Source of the DNA: Tubiluchus corallicola
Taxonomy: Eukaryota > Animalia > Priapulida
Length of the DNA: 64,000 nucleotides
Reading direction: 5' to 3'
Assembly: GCA_030141605.1 (NCBI GenBank)
Contig: JAQGDQ010000060.1
Span: 1 to 64,000, forward strand
Within the stretch, counting starts at the first letter, position 1. Every line of letters begins with the position of its first letter. Position numbers and translations under genes: made by a program. Shown here in pieces: positions 13,601-25,749 of the stretch. Under the pieces are notes generated by a model that saw only the letters and a list, made by a program, of their open reading frames with translations, made no database searches and was not told the DNA's origin.

Positions 13601-13890
13601 GTACTTGATGCAATACATAAATTTCAATCTTTGCTTCTGTAACTAATCTTTTGTTTCATAGCTCGTTGGTGGACATTGGCGGACTTCCACATCTTCAATT
13701 CCTGGACTTATCGGGTTGCTTTCAACTGACCGGCACATCCATTGCCGACTTGGTGAACACGACGCCGCTTCTGACGCCTCCCAAATTGTTTTACTGCGAC
13801 AACATCGTTGATGGTCCTTTTGCTCTGGAGGCTAGCGGGTGTAGAAATCTGGAATCGGCGTGCCGCATGTGCTGTCGAAATGCTAAGTAG
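1628..13890 (+). CDS. FBXL5: F-box/LRR-repeat protein 5 (hemerythrin-like iron sensor, F-box, LRRs, C-terminal 2Fe-2S cysteines), ~656 aa, 11 exons
   Basis: Exons 1628-1711, 2562-2699, 3558-3755, 4479-4606, 6075-6181, 7885-8052, 9782-9958, 10952-11088, 11188-11270, 11453-11974, 13662-13890; all GT-AG and phase-consistent. Motifs: [57 protein letters not shown]-box [22 protein letters not shown], and C-terminal YCDN..SGCRNL..CCR. Confidence 0.96.
3841..4259 (+). mobile_element. TTAA-bounded non-autonomous DNA transposon (Kolobok-like), family B copy 1
   Basis: Similar to the reverse complement of ~50140-50533 and to ~56320-56490; ends CCT-TTAA. Confidence 0.6.
4741..5598. mobile_element. Tc1/pogo-like MITE containing an internal 91-bp tandem array
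   Basis: TA-CAGTAAGAGC...CCTACTG-TA ends with imperfect TIRs. Confidence 0.6.
5014..5472. repeat. Tandem repeat, 91-bp unit x5
   Basis: AGAGCATTGAGTTAATTTTTGAAAAATACAGCAGG... recurs at 5016, 5108, 5199 and onward. Confidence 0.92.
7234..7519. repeat. Tandem duplication of ~140 bp in FBXL5 intron 5
   Basis: CTAGATAACAG..TGTGGGTA..GATTTTTAGATA...GGGTTAC is present twice. Confidence 0.85.
12071..12523. mobile_element. hAT-type MITE
   Basis: TIR CAGTGGTGGC/GTCGCCACTG with a perfect 8-bp TSD ATTATTTT. Relatives lie at ~40620-41114 and ~60730-61140. Confidence 0.85.
12857..13293. mobile_element. hAT-type MITE with (CCGACT)n subterminal repeats
   Basis: TIR CAGGGCTGTGGA/TCCACAGCCCTG; degenerate 8-bp TSD catatata/catatctg. 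Confidence 0.8.
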
Positions 13891-14294
13891 TTTTCGAAAT
13901 GTGAACATTTTTTCCCATTCCTTTCTGTAGTCATTGGTTTCATGGGGCCTTTGATGGAACTAAGAACTGTGGTAAAATGGGGGGAGTGTTACTACAATTT
14001 TCCCGCCAAACTCAATTTTTTCGGGATTGTTATATTTAAAGTATTAAGAAACTGTACACTCTCCAACATGTACAATGAGAAATGTCTTTCTGTTCTGTTT
14101 TTTAATGATGTGGTTTGGTGTTTTGTTCTGTTTTTAATGATGTGGTTTGGTGTGAGAAAGAAATTTTTGTTTTAAAATCATAACAAATACAGTATGACTA
14201 ATAGTTAAAGCAAAATGGACTTCTTATAATCTTTGAGCCTTTCAACACCACACACTCAGCTGTTACATTTACTACTCAGTCTATAATTTATGTG

Positions 14295-14710
14295 CAGGGT
14301 TCCCAAGGTCAGGAAAAATCCTTGAAAATACTGGTTATCCTGGAAAGTCAGGGGAAAAGATAATTTGGTAAAAAGTTAGGGAAAATGATGAAAATGGGGC
14401 AAAGGGTCAACGAAATTGAAAAGGGTTGCAAGAATAATCATTTTTGTGAACCGATGTTTTTCGAAACATATTTTTCAGCAATTCGCATTCAAATAAAATT
14501 TTGCTATGACAGGTTGCCAGTTTCAATTTCTGTTCCAAAAATAATGATTGCCGACACATTATATATCAGTACATGTATGAATGTCCTTGCACAAAAATGT
14601 TTGAATATGTATACTGACAGTGGAATTTCTGCTTATCTTGGTCATGGAAAATCAATATTTGGTCTGGGAAAAGTCATGAAAATTTATTTTAAAATTCTAT
14701 GGGAACCCTG
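14295..14710. mobile_element. hAT-type MITE in the putative FBXL5 3'UTR
   Basis: TIR CAGGGTTCCCA/TGGGAACCCTG; no clean TSD. Explains the spurious ORF 14385-14732. Confidence 0.75.
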
Positions 14711-17553
14711 TAATTTACTATTCGGTCTATAATTCATCTGGATTTATAAATAGAAAGAAGCAGTTGTCTAGGCAGCTTCTACCAAGCTAGGTTGGTGACC
14801 TTGGATATCCTGTTACTGTTTCCTGTAGCTTCCTGTTACTTTATTTGTGCTCCTAGATCTAAATAACTTGTACGTTTTTCTTCGTTCGGTCTTTGACCTC
14901 ACATTTCTGCAACTATTACCAATACTTTTTCATTTCTCGTATACATTACTGCGACGTGTTATTACACGTAGAGTTTTGCTTGTGTGTTTTTTTGTTGCTT
15001 TATTTAAAAACAAGACCAAACTAAATGCTTTCACGTTCCTCTGCCGTGTCATTAGCTTGTCCACATAAATTTCCAAGGCTATCTAACCTCTAGTTTTGAT
15101 TTTGTAATTGAGGTGATCATATGTTGTAGCTTTTAATAGCTGAACCTGTCAGAACGATAACCTAATTTTTCTTCCTAGATTCTGCTAAGCTCTTAGAAAT
15201 TTTAGGTCATCGACCATCTGAACTTAAACTGACTGCAGCTGCTGCTACTTTAGGTATTTTTTCAATAATTAAACCTTGACACACATTTGTTTCTGCTTAG
15301 ATGTGCCATCTTTTTTTAATTCTTTTCCTTTTTTGAATGCATGCTCATTTGTTTTTGCCATTATTCTTGCAGGCAGCTGTAGACTTTTCATTATCTGTTT
15401 TGTTGGTTCTCAGAATACAATATGTTATGCGTTCACTTGCTCAAGTGTTTTTGAAAAAAATGCCCATATATATCGAGTTCAGTATTGTAAACTATAAATG
15501 CGCAATTTCTAAAATTTACCTGATGCAGATAGCCTAAGACCATTGCATATTCTTAGAATGTGATAGTGAAACGACTGAAATGATACTAATAAGTTTCAGC
15601 AGGCGTGTCTTTATGCAGACTGTAATTAGACGAAGCCATGTTTAGCTTCGTTAGAGGAGACAAGAGACAAGGTTAGGCAGCGGTTCTGTTTAAAAAAGTC
15701 AGGGCTTCAGCATAAATAACATGCAAACTAGGTGGCATTGCGTATTGACATTTGCTGTTCAGTCATAATGATGCCACTTTGTCCACTGCTAAACACAATT
15801 GATTTCTACATGAACGTGTTTTGGGAAGGTTTTCAAAAACAGATTCATACACAGGCAGGGAGACAAGCAGCAGCAACAAAGCAGTTGATATGCTGTAGCA
15901 GGACTGACAGCCTTCAATAATTGGCTCCGCATAAATGCTTGCAGTAATTTTGTCGTGAAAAATTAGCAACATTTGATCGTTGTCATCATGGGTAAACAAG
16001 AACTCAGTGAGCAAGGATTTAACTGTATTTCAAGCACCTATAACTATGCACCTGATATTATAGCAGAATCGACTGCTAATTTTTAATGTTAATGTTACTG
16101 CTTTATTGGCTAATTAGAGACCTATATACATCCTCATGAAAATGTTACCAAAACAAAAAACCCTTACCTTTAGATGACATTACTCATTAATTGTGGCAGA
16201 TTACAGTACTATATAAATGTGAAAACTTCAAAGCCAACTTCTAGCATGTGTATGTCTGTGCTAGGTAGGCCTGCAGTTCTTGTGTCAACAGTTTTGACAT
16301 TATGATCACCTTTTTAACTCATCTCTGAGGAAACCAAAATTCAGTATTACTTAAAAGCAATTTAAAGTTTGATTAGTTCACTATTGTTATTTCAGTGATG
16401 GAAGACAATCATTTGTGTTCAGAAATTATCGAACATGCACTAAAATGCAAGAGAAGTCTAAAACAGACAGGGTACAAATACAGGGAAGCACACTAAATGG
16501 CACATTTCTCTCTCATTTTTGATCTTAGATTGGAAAAAAATGAAAATTTGATCTGCCGAGATTCAAAGCTTTGACACCTTACCTAATGTAAAATCTATGG
16601 TGCATTAATTAGACTAGATATGTAGAATTTGGGGTAAATGGTATTGACCTATTGCTTAGCTTCTAGTGGTATGAGGCAGTGGTGTAACTATAGCTACCTT
16701 TGTATTAGCATACATGCTTGCCCTTAAATTGTAATAGGTAGTTTAGGCATTGTACATGGTTAATTGTAAATTTAACTATTAGTACTACTATTTTTGTACT
16801 TATTATTATTATTATTACATTGTTGTTCTTCAGCCTACCTCTTGTATGTGTTCATACAGTGTTGTGACAATACTGGGCGTAAATTAAGGCTTACTGTAAA
16901 ATGGTTTTTCCACTGGACATATTGATGTTGCAGTGAGGGGCGCCGGCGGCAAATTACCGTGGCGATGGCAGCATTTATGAAAAGGGCACATTTTGTTTAC
17001 CCACATTTCTGTGGCCATATGACGATATGACTTATATATGAGTATATCTTATGCACCCCAAATACCTTCTGCCTCTCGCATATTCCTTTTAAAATGAATA
17101 ATCGATGCACATTTTCATGTAGTGTTTAATTTTGATGTCAGTTAAAAATGGCTGTTTGACAAATTAAACACATATTCTGTAAACTCTTCAGGGTAATCTT
17201 AGATAACCACAATTTTTTCATCAAAGAGGCAAAGTTTTGCTCATGCAGAAAGGGCATGGGGGCCGGTGCTTCCATGGCTCCCCTGGTTGCAGTACTAATT
17301 TTGTAACTGAAACCATTTTACAGTACACGTTTTCGTAAGGTTTTTTCTTTTTCCTAGTCACTTGATATTTGCAATCTTATTATTAATAATTTATCGACAT
17401 AGCATTTGTATTAGGCTTGCCTGCTTTTTCTGCTTTGTTGATAAGCGTTGCAATCACATATTTAAGTTATTTCAAGCTACATGCCGTTTCTTGATACGTT
17501 ATTATGATTAATGCATTCCGCAGCTTATTAACTTTTGTACATCGGAGATTGGC

Positions 17554-17620
17554 AATAAATATTTGGCTACGAATAAATTATGATTGTTGCAAGTTTTACA
17601 TTGTTTTTGTGTTGTGATTT
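17554..17620 (+). terminator. Putative FBXL5 polyadenylation site
   Basis: AATAAA at 17554 and 17572 followed by GU-rich TTGTTTTTGTGTTGTG; strand T/A skew flips here. Confidence 0.5.
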
Positions 17621-18199
17621 ATATGTAATAGGTGCTGCCATCTATTGGAAGAATGTAATAAAATCGTAAATCAGTCACATTCAGGAACAAAAAATGTATT
17701 CAATGCGAGTTGAATACTCAGTAGAAATACCAAGTCATTGTCAGAAAGTGCACATTAAAGACAAACACACATTAATGGTATTTAATTTAATTAAGAAAAT
17801 AAAATCATACGACCACTAATAAAAAAAAATTAATAATCACGGTTTATGTATATAATGTTCACAAATTCTTTTGAGTGTCTGCCACAAAATTCCTCTAACG
17901 TACTTATGTATAATGTTTTAAATAAAAATTATAAAATTGTTAGTAATTATCATTTAGAAATAAATTGACATTATTATTCATGACAATAAGAAGAATGGCA
18001 CATTTCTGTATCAATTTATGTAGAGAAGTTGATTTAGTTTATTAACGAAGTACTAGTAGATCCAAAAATAGTATAACAAGATACAACAGTAATTGTTAAA
18101 GGAAGACAGGATGATTTTTCAGATTAAATTTTAATACAATTAATACAGTAAAACCATTTATGACAATTAAATAATAGATTAAAATCTGTTATCTATTAA

Positions 18200-18631
18200 G
18201 AGCCCGGCTAGTGATGAGATCACAAACTCGCACAATTTTCAACATTAAAAACATCACATTGAAATACAGTGCTACTGTAAGATATTATGTGTGTTGTACT
18301 AAAACTAGACAAGTTTTAAGATAAAAATTCAAGTTTCAACTTTACCACTGTGCTCAAGCATGAGTTGTTGAACGGGTGTAGTTCATCACAAACTAACACA
18401 TCTGAATTGAGAGGTACAGTATTTGTTTTTTGTGCAACGCATTTTCAAAATGCAGGCGCTAATGCCCATCTAACTAGCGAAATGCGTGTAACAGCGAAGA
18501 ACGCGAAATTGCGTTTGTGTGGTAATAAACATTTTATGTAAGTCATTTTTTAAAAAATAGTGTGTTTCTTTTCTATATTTTAAAGAATAGGTTATTTTGA
18601 CCTACAGTTTAAAATTGGGTCCAGTTTTGCT
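18200..18631 (-). mobile_element. TTAA-flanked Kolobok-like non-autonomous element, family A copy 1
   Basis: TTAA at both ends; homologous to 36350-36787 and 54203-54659. The similar ORFs at 18350, 36428 and 54282 are products of this repeat. Confidence 0.7.
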
Positions 18632-19027
18632 TTAACACATAACATGCACAAACTTAAAATGTTAAAAAGCAAAATGATATTGTAAGTTCATAGCTCACTA
18701 TAGATGTATAACAGTTGTTGACGTATTTAAAGATTTCTTTTTAAACTTGGATAATACATCATGTACTAATTCACAGACAAGATTTAGATCTACATTCCAC
18801 AAAGCATCAACATCAATTGCTGTGCAACCTATATTGTTTTACGTACATTCTCAGTTACTGCAAAATCACATTTTACTGTACATGTTTTCCATATTGAACA
18901 GTTAAACTGCTGAAAAACACAAACTGCACAAGTAATAAGAGCAATACGATTTGCATAAGCTTCAATATGTAATGAAGGAAAAAAGTGTTAAGACAGCAAC
19001 AAAAACATTTGAAGCATACTTTAAATA

Positions 19028-19482
19028 CAGTAAACCTCGCATATAAGGGACACCTCGGAACCGGAAAAAACTGTCCCTTATAGCCGAAGTTGAGTCAGAC
19101 CGAGGGTGTATCTAGACCTGTACCTTTACCCATAATTTTACGAATTATTGCTACACATTCAGTGCAAACGGTATGTAGGAAGCTCATTCAGTGATGCGAG
19201 ATGTGTGTTACCATGGAAACCGAGCTGTTTGAAGGCCGAGTTTGCGAAAAATTGAGGTTAAAAATCGATCAATTTCACTTTGATCATAGGGTCCCTTATA
19301 TGCGAGCTAATTTATCCGGTTTCTATTACACGGGACCTGAAGATATCGACCCTCATAACCAAAAATTCCTTATGTCCAAGTAGTTTATATATGCAGATTT
19401 TTACATAGGAAAAACGTAACGAAAAATCAGGACCGGTGTTGGTGGGTATCCGGCGAGTGCCCCTTATACCCGAGGTTGACTG
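19028..19482 (+). mobile_element. Tigger/pogo-like MITE
   Basis: TA TSD; TIR CAGTAAACCTCGCATATAAGGG/CCCTTATACCCGAGGTTGACTG. Same family at 34188-34498 and partially at ~49820-50140. Confidence 0.88.
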
Positions 19483-19995
19483 TAGTAGATTTATGTAACA
19501 TATTATAATTTAACATCAGCTGCATTATGCAAATGAAGAGAAGATTCACAAGAGACGAAGCAGGGAAAGAAAAGATGCACCGCCTAGACATAGACACTTG
19601 TCTCGTAATTTAAACCACACAGCTACACAAATTGCTGCAAATGAGAAACATCCTTAATGGTTACAAAATTAATAGCATTAACAAACATAATAATTAGCAC
19701 AGACTATTGTAAAATATAAAACTAAAATCGAGAACAATACGAGCATACTACCATGATGGATTCATTTACTGTACAAAGTATTGATCAATAACACTGACAT
19801 CTTGTCACAACAACAAAAAATTTGGTGTATATATATATATAATCTCATAACATGTAATTACTCATAATAAATGTAAAACTGATTACTTAATCTGATTAGA
19901 ACAAAAACTGACGTCAAAATAACTACTACAATATCATAATTGACGTTAACAGCACCATATAAAATACTGACAAGCATCTGAGTTTGTAAAATGTA

Positions 19996-20213
19996 CAAGG
20001 TGTACCAAAGAGAAACAGTGCAATTCTACTGCATAAGAAATGCGACAAAATAAATGTGGGCTTCTGCATTATCACATAATAATAACATACATAAAAATAA
20101 CATCATATTTTTATATCATAATTCCAATTTTCACGAGGTGACCACACATACTGGACTTTGTCTAGCGTAACATATAGTATTTATTAGTGCACTGTTTCCT
20201 TTGGAACAACCTG
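19996..20213. mobile_element. Tc1/mariner MITE
   Basis: TA-CAAGGTGTACCAAAGAGAAACAGTGCA ... TGCACTGTTTCCTTTGGAACAACCTG-TA. Confidence 0.8.
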
Positions 20214-21803
20214 TATTAATAAATTTAATTAAACAAAAAAATAATATCACCTTAGAAAAAGCTATTGGAGATTCAAAGTTATACAATTTAAAATAAAATG
20301 CATCTTATCTGGCCAAGAAGCCAAGAAAACTGTACTTGAATTGTGCAAAAATACCTCACGTTTTAATAAGGCGACTTTTACATTTTCAAAACAACACCAG
20401 TATGACTACCTGTGATGCAATCTTTTCCTAAACTCAAATGTAATACAAATGAAATAGAAGTAACACTTAAACAGCAGGTGCACTACTACTAGCTACCCGT
20501 GGTCGTGGTATTATTTACCATTTGATATATTATTTTTGTAAAAAATTATTGAACAAAAAAGATGGCAGAAAATACAGTATGCCAAAAAACATCATTTTCA
20601 GTACACAAAATAATTAAATCTTGTCAATGCCCAGAAATGTCTTAAAAGGGAATCTGTTACAACAATAAGAAAGTGTAAAAAGTAGAACATTCCAAAAAAT
20701 TCAATGAACGTATGTAAAACTTATTCTAACAAAAATGCTAGTCAACTCACCGGACTATGACGACTGAGACACAAAAGCATAAAAAATAATAAACACATTT
20801 TTATACATGCATAAATACTGATGCTGACGCACAGGCAACTCTATAGTTACACAACTAGGTTTGCATCGTACGTGTGGCAAACAACAGTTCTCTAGGCTGT
20901 CTAATTTTTCGATTAAAACTATCAGAATGTTAAAAAACGACAACAGATTTCTGTCGTTAGACTATTGAAGCAAAAGCCAAGTCTCTTGGGAAGTTGAGCT
21001 TATTCTAATATTTGAGAAAAATGTTGGAAAGCTTCAGTAGTGAAATTGTGATAAGCATCTTGTGTAATCAGTAATTTCAATTTGAAATTGCGATCACTTC
21101 ACGCTTGGGCGCGCGCTCATTTTGGTGAAAAAATGGCGTCATCTGGTTACTGTGCAATATAAACAGTTATTCTACCAGGTGCTTCGGCAATCTTTTTTTT
21201 TGACTTACAGAGCGAACTCAATAAACTAAGTAACCAACCCGGTACCTACTGTAAGCTTGATAGTTTACATGCGTATCTGAAAGTCAACAAAGTCTTGTAA
21301 ATTAATTACATTTACGCAACTAATGTATACTACTTACACACTTTGCGGTATAATCGTCTGGGTTAAACCTATGCAACAACTTTAAACTTGGTCATAACTG
21401 ATCCAATGACAAATTTTACATAAACACATGACACTAGAGTAATAGAACTTCTGAGTGAACTATAGAAATTTCTCAACGCATACCTTCACTCAGCTTGCCT
21501 TCACAACACTCACGCTGCCCAACAGTCACCAGCCTACATCATTTTTTCAATATGCCGGCAGCAACGTTCGTCTGGCGGGAAATGAAAACTATTTAAATTA
21601 CTTTTATATTTTTAAGCAAAGCACTCTACGCGCATATCTTGTGTGCTGATTTCAACATTTTTAATTGCAATGCAATAATTAAATTAAAATGCAATAATGT
21701 TGTTTGAAGATTGGTTCTTCCTTTAAACAATTCATTCAAAAATTTCCATCAGAACCTTAAATTCTATGCGAGAAGAATCTGAACATTCAAGCTAACGCAC
21801 TTA

Positions 21804-24800
21804 TTATGCAAGGAAAGCAAACAAAAGAGCAACAGACAGCAGAGCGTTGCATACATGAGCAATTGTTGATTGAGCAGGAACAGTTGGCCGTTGCCAAACA
21901 GGACAGGTAAACATTTCCTTATCCGGGGCGGTGTACCAGTAAAAATCAATCTTGGGTTCAAAACATTCGACGGTTGAACTTCTACTCCAGTTGTTAGCAA
22001 GCCATTGCATGGTGCAGTCACAAACAAGCGGACTCTCTGTGGACAGAAAAATATCAAATAATCAAATAGAAAATGTCGGGGTCATTACGTGCCAAATCAA
22101 TGTCATCTAAGTCAAGAACTAGAAGGAGGGTGGTTCTAACCAGGGTTGGTTTCAAGACAAATTTTTCAAGTTTTATGTAAGTGGAGGGTTTTCTTGTGCT
22201 TTAAAAAATGTCAACATTGCGCCAGCATTAGCATAAAAGCTAAATTGTACTGAAGTTACTTTTTCATTGTTTAAAACCTACCATAAATATGTATTGCGAA
22301 GTCAGAAGGAGACATGTCTTTGTGCAGAATTGGTCTGTTCATATGTGAAATGTTGCTCTTTTCTATTTTCATTGAGGATATCTCCGGGTTGTTGGAGAAA
22401 TCAAAATCAGCACTGACCAGCCTCGGATGCTCCTCGATTTGTAAGTAGTATAATGTGGTTAACAGAGAAAAAGCTCGAGGATGAATAGTAGTCAGGTTTC
22501 TGTTGTTTATTAACTGCATCTTTGTCACTCCTACAAAAGAACGAAAGAGTTGAAATAATAAATGTACAATGTAACTGTAACGTGTCTTTTCCCAAACCTT
22601 AGATCGCAAGTGTTGACCGTTATTTTGCATGCCAATTATCTGAGCATCAATAATTATTCACTTCATCATTTCCTCTATCTCAGGGGTGTGCAAACTATCT
22701 GACTAGCCGGGCCACATTAAACTTTCCCGCAATTCCTGCGTGCCACAGGCAGTTTGATCAAGGAGCTAAGTACAGAAAGGCCTAATAACGATTTTTTTGC
22801 ATTCGACCTGCGTACATCATTACTACTACACTCGAGAAACTATTTTACAAGTTATTAAAATTTATATTACAAACCATATATTTCTACTTTCAGGACAGAT
22901 AGTGGTAATTTCATTACAATGCATATTAGTAATGTGTATCACACAGTCTGTGTAGTACAGTGACATTAAGCTACAACCGCCTTGTAAGGGTTAATGGCAT
23001 CCGATCTAGTAAAAAAAACTACCCGCGCTATCTTTGGGATCGTGGCACGGACTTCAGCTGGATATACTCAATTAATAGCCCGGGCCACACTTTCATTAGG
23101 TTGACAAATCTCTTCGCGGGCCGCACAAATTCTCTCGGCGGGCCGCAATTTGCACACCCCTGCTCTATCTTATCCTTGTCTCATCCTCCCCTCTGTAATC
23201 CTTGCCATTTTTTCTCCCCTTGCACGTTTTACTTCTCGTTTGCCCACCAATATATGATGTCACCAATATATGATGTTATATCATATTCCTAAAGAATTCT
23301 TAATAGTGCCTTCACCTGAGAGGCTTTTATATATACGTTTTTTTGTAAACCCGTAAGCCAATCATTTAGTACTGTTCAATGATTTTAGCTGCCAATGTAT
23401 TGTTTCAAATAAAAACAGTTACTAAAAATGAAAAACTAAACCAACATAGCGTTAGCCTCATTTCGATACATTTGCACTCTTCACAATGACAAACAATGCA
23501 ATATTACGGCAGATAAAATACACTAGTACCTCCGTTTTCGACCAAATTTTATTCCTAAAAAGCGTTAGAAAACCGATTTGGTTGAGTGCCGAACCATTTA
23601 TTCCCATAAGAAATCATGTAAAAGCAAATAATCCGTTCTCAAGCACCAAATGAACTGCAAAGTATTACTAAAATGAAATATAATAATGCAAAAATGTTTA
23701 TTCAAATGGCAACATTTGCAAAATCAGCAGCTTTAATTGTCTCCTTATTCTTCAAAAAAGTTTATCTCGTTGATTTCGGTATGCCATACATTGACGCAAG
23801 ATTGGAAACACGAACTCCATTCTCACGTTTTGCTATGATTTCTTTAGTTCTATAGTCGCTCTCGTAGTTTTTCATTTTCCTTTCTCACCGTCACTTGCAC
23901 TCTTCTTAGGAGACGTGATTGGGGTGAAGTATAACACAAAAATAAAAGTAATCCAGGAAAAATAAGCAGAATAAGGAATTAGCGATGTTACGTGATTCAA
24001 ATGTTGTGCGTGACTACTCTCGGGTGCGGTCGGTTACGCTCAGCTCTACTCGGCTCACCGCGCATGCGTTCGTCACGTGTTTGGCAGTTGGTTGAGTACC
24101 GAAATTCTGGTCCAGAGCGGAGACAATTTCAGGTGGAATGTTCTGGTGGAAAACTGATTTGTTCGAGTACGGAGACGTTTGACAACGGAGGTATGACTGT
24201 ATCCAAAAAAACTTTTCCCTGAGGTCACCCATTAATTTACTAAGCAAGCATGATGCTGTGAAAGTCATTTTGACGTGTTGTTCACTCACTTGGTTTTGAT
24301 TGAGTTTAGACACATAAGTATGAACAAGAATAAAAAATCTATAATACATATTTGCACTGCACATAACAGAAAAGTGTTTATTAAAACTACAGACACATGA
24401 GTAGCATGACTGCTGCACTGAACACTGAGAGTGAGAGTCCTACAGAAACATGAGTAGCACTACTGCTGCACTGAACACTGAGAGTGAGAGTCCTACAGAA
24501 ACATGAGTAGCACTACTACTGCACTGAACACTGAGAGTGAGAGTCCTACAGACACATGAGTAGCAATACTGCTGCACTGAACACTGAGAGTGAGAGTCCT
24601 ACAGAAACATGAGTAGCATGACTGCTGCACTGAACACTGAGAGTGAGAGTCCTACAGAAACATGAGTAGCACTACTGCTGCACTGAACACTGAGAGTGAG
24701 AGTCCTACAGAAACATGAGTAGCACTACTGCTGCCCTGAACACTGAGAGTGAGAGTCCTACAGAAACATGAGTAGCACTCCTGCTGCACTGAACACTGAG

Positions 24801-25749
24801 AGTGAGAGTCCTACAGAAACATGAGTAGCACTACTGCTGCACTGAACACTGAGAGTGAGAGTCCTACAGAAACATGAGTAGCACTGCTGCTGCACTGAAC
24901 ACTGAGAGTGAGAGTCCTACAGAAACATGAGTAGCACTACTGCTGCACTGAACACTGAGAGTCCTACAGAAACATGAGTAGCACTACTGCTGCACTGAAC
25001 ACTGAGAGTGAGAGTGACTAGAAAGTAAAACCAGTCAGTATATATAGGTATAAGTGACCTATGCAGACTTCACAACAACCATTACTTTAAAATAGGGAGA
25101 GAACCAGTGAATATGCATTCACTGGACCATACAATTATACTGGGGGTAAGTCAGCTGGTAGAATGTAACAGGAGTAGCCCATAGATAGCAGCACCTAATT
25201 ATAATGTACAATTCCAACTTCCACAGATGCCATATAACTACCAAAACCGAGCACATACAACGATCGGATTTCTTTTCTCAACTAAATACTTTTTTAGCTT
25301 TCTTACGTTGTCGCCTTTTACTAATAGTACGTACTGTACTATGAAAAGTACTCCATTACAAAAGCCTAGTCAAAATAAACAATCATGTAAGTACCTGTTG
25401 CGCCAATTGCATTCTCTCCAATTCTGAGTAATCCATTCATAGCAGAATTCTGTATAGACAAGTATTTTATTTCTTTGCCATCTAGAAACCTGGGGGGTAG
25501 CTCCTCGTCCTCATATTGGTCGATTCCCACATAATCGATGGACGGAGGTAAAGAATTCTCAATCCGTCTTAATGCTTGTGCATCCAGGCGGCGCTTTGTG
25601 AAAGGGTGACCACACTTGATGCTGGAACAATCATATTCACAACCACAGAAATCACTGGGTGCTGGGCAGGAGCAGTCGTCTGCGCAAACCACTTCACTCA
25701 GGAAGAACACTAGTACTAAGAAACAGACAACCCTACAGACGAACTCCAT
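21804..25749 (-). CDS. Secreted, probably GPI-anchored short leucine-rich-repeat protein (signal peptide, Cys-rich N-cap, few degenerate LRRs, LRRCT, hydrophobic tail), ~278 aa
   Basis: Exons 25749-25395, 22530-22282, 22036-21804 with phase 1/1 GT-AG introns, 837 nt total. Features: signal peptide MEFVCRVVCFLVLVFFLSEVVCA, cap CPAPSDFCGC, LRRs IKYLSIQNS and LTTIHPRAFSLLTTLYYLQIEEHPRL, LRRCT SPLVCDCTMQWL...VEC, C-terminus NALLSVALLFAFLA*. Confidence 0.85.
22681..23162. mobile_element. hAT (Charlie-like) MITE
   Basis: TIR CAGGGGTGTGCAAA/TTTGCACACCCCTG with a perfect 8-bp TSD CTCTATCT; GCGGGCCG subterminal motifs. Confidence 0.92.
23521..24199. mobile_element. Tigger-like MITE
   Basis: TACCTCCGTTTTCGA near the left end pairs with GACAACGGAGGTATGACTG-TA at the right end. 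Confidence 0.65.
24257..25225 (-). mobile_element. Solo LTR with an internal 53-bp tandem amplification
   Basis: TG...CA ends (TGTGAAAG/CTTCCACA) and a perfect 5-bp TSD GATGC; homologous to 39033-39500. Confidence 0.85.
24390..25018. repeat. Minisatellite, 53-bp unit x ~12
   Basis: CTGCACTGAACACTGAGAGTGAGAGTCCTACAGAAACATGAGTAGCACTACTG in tandem. Confidence 0.95.

Noticed and set aside
14610-16940. Other CAGTG hexaloop candidates in the FBXL5 3' region (~14620, ~16005, ~16392, ~16677, ~16931)
   Set aside because: No 5-bp upper stem forms around these loops.
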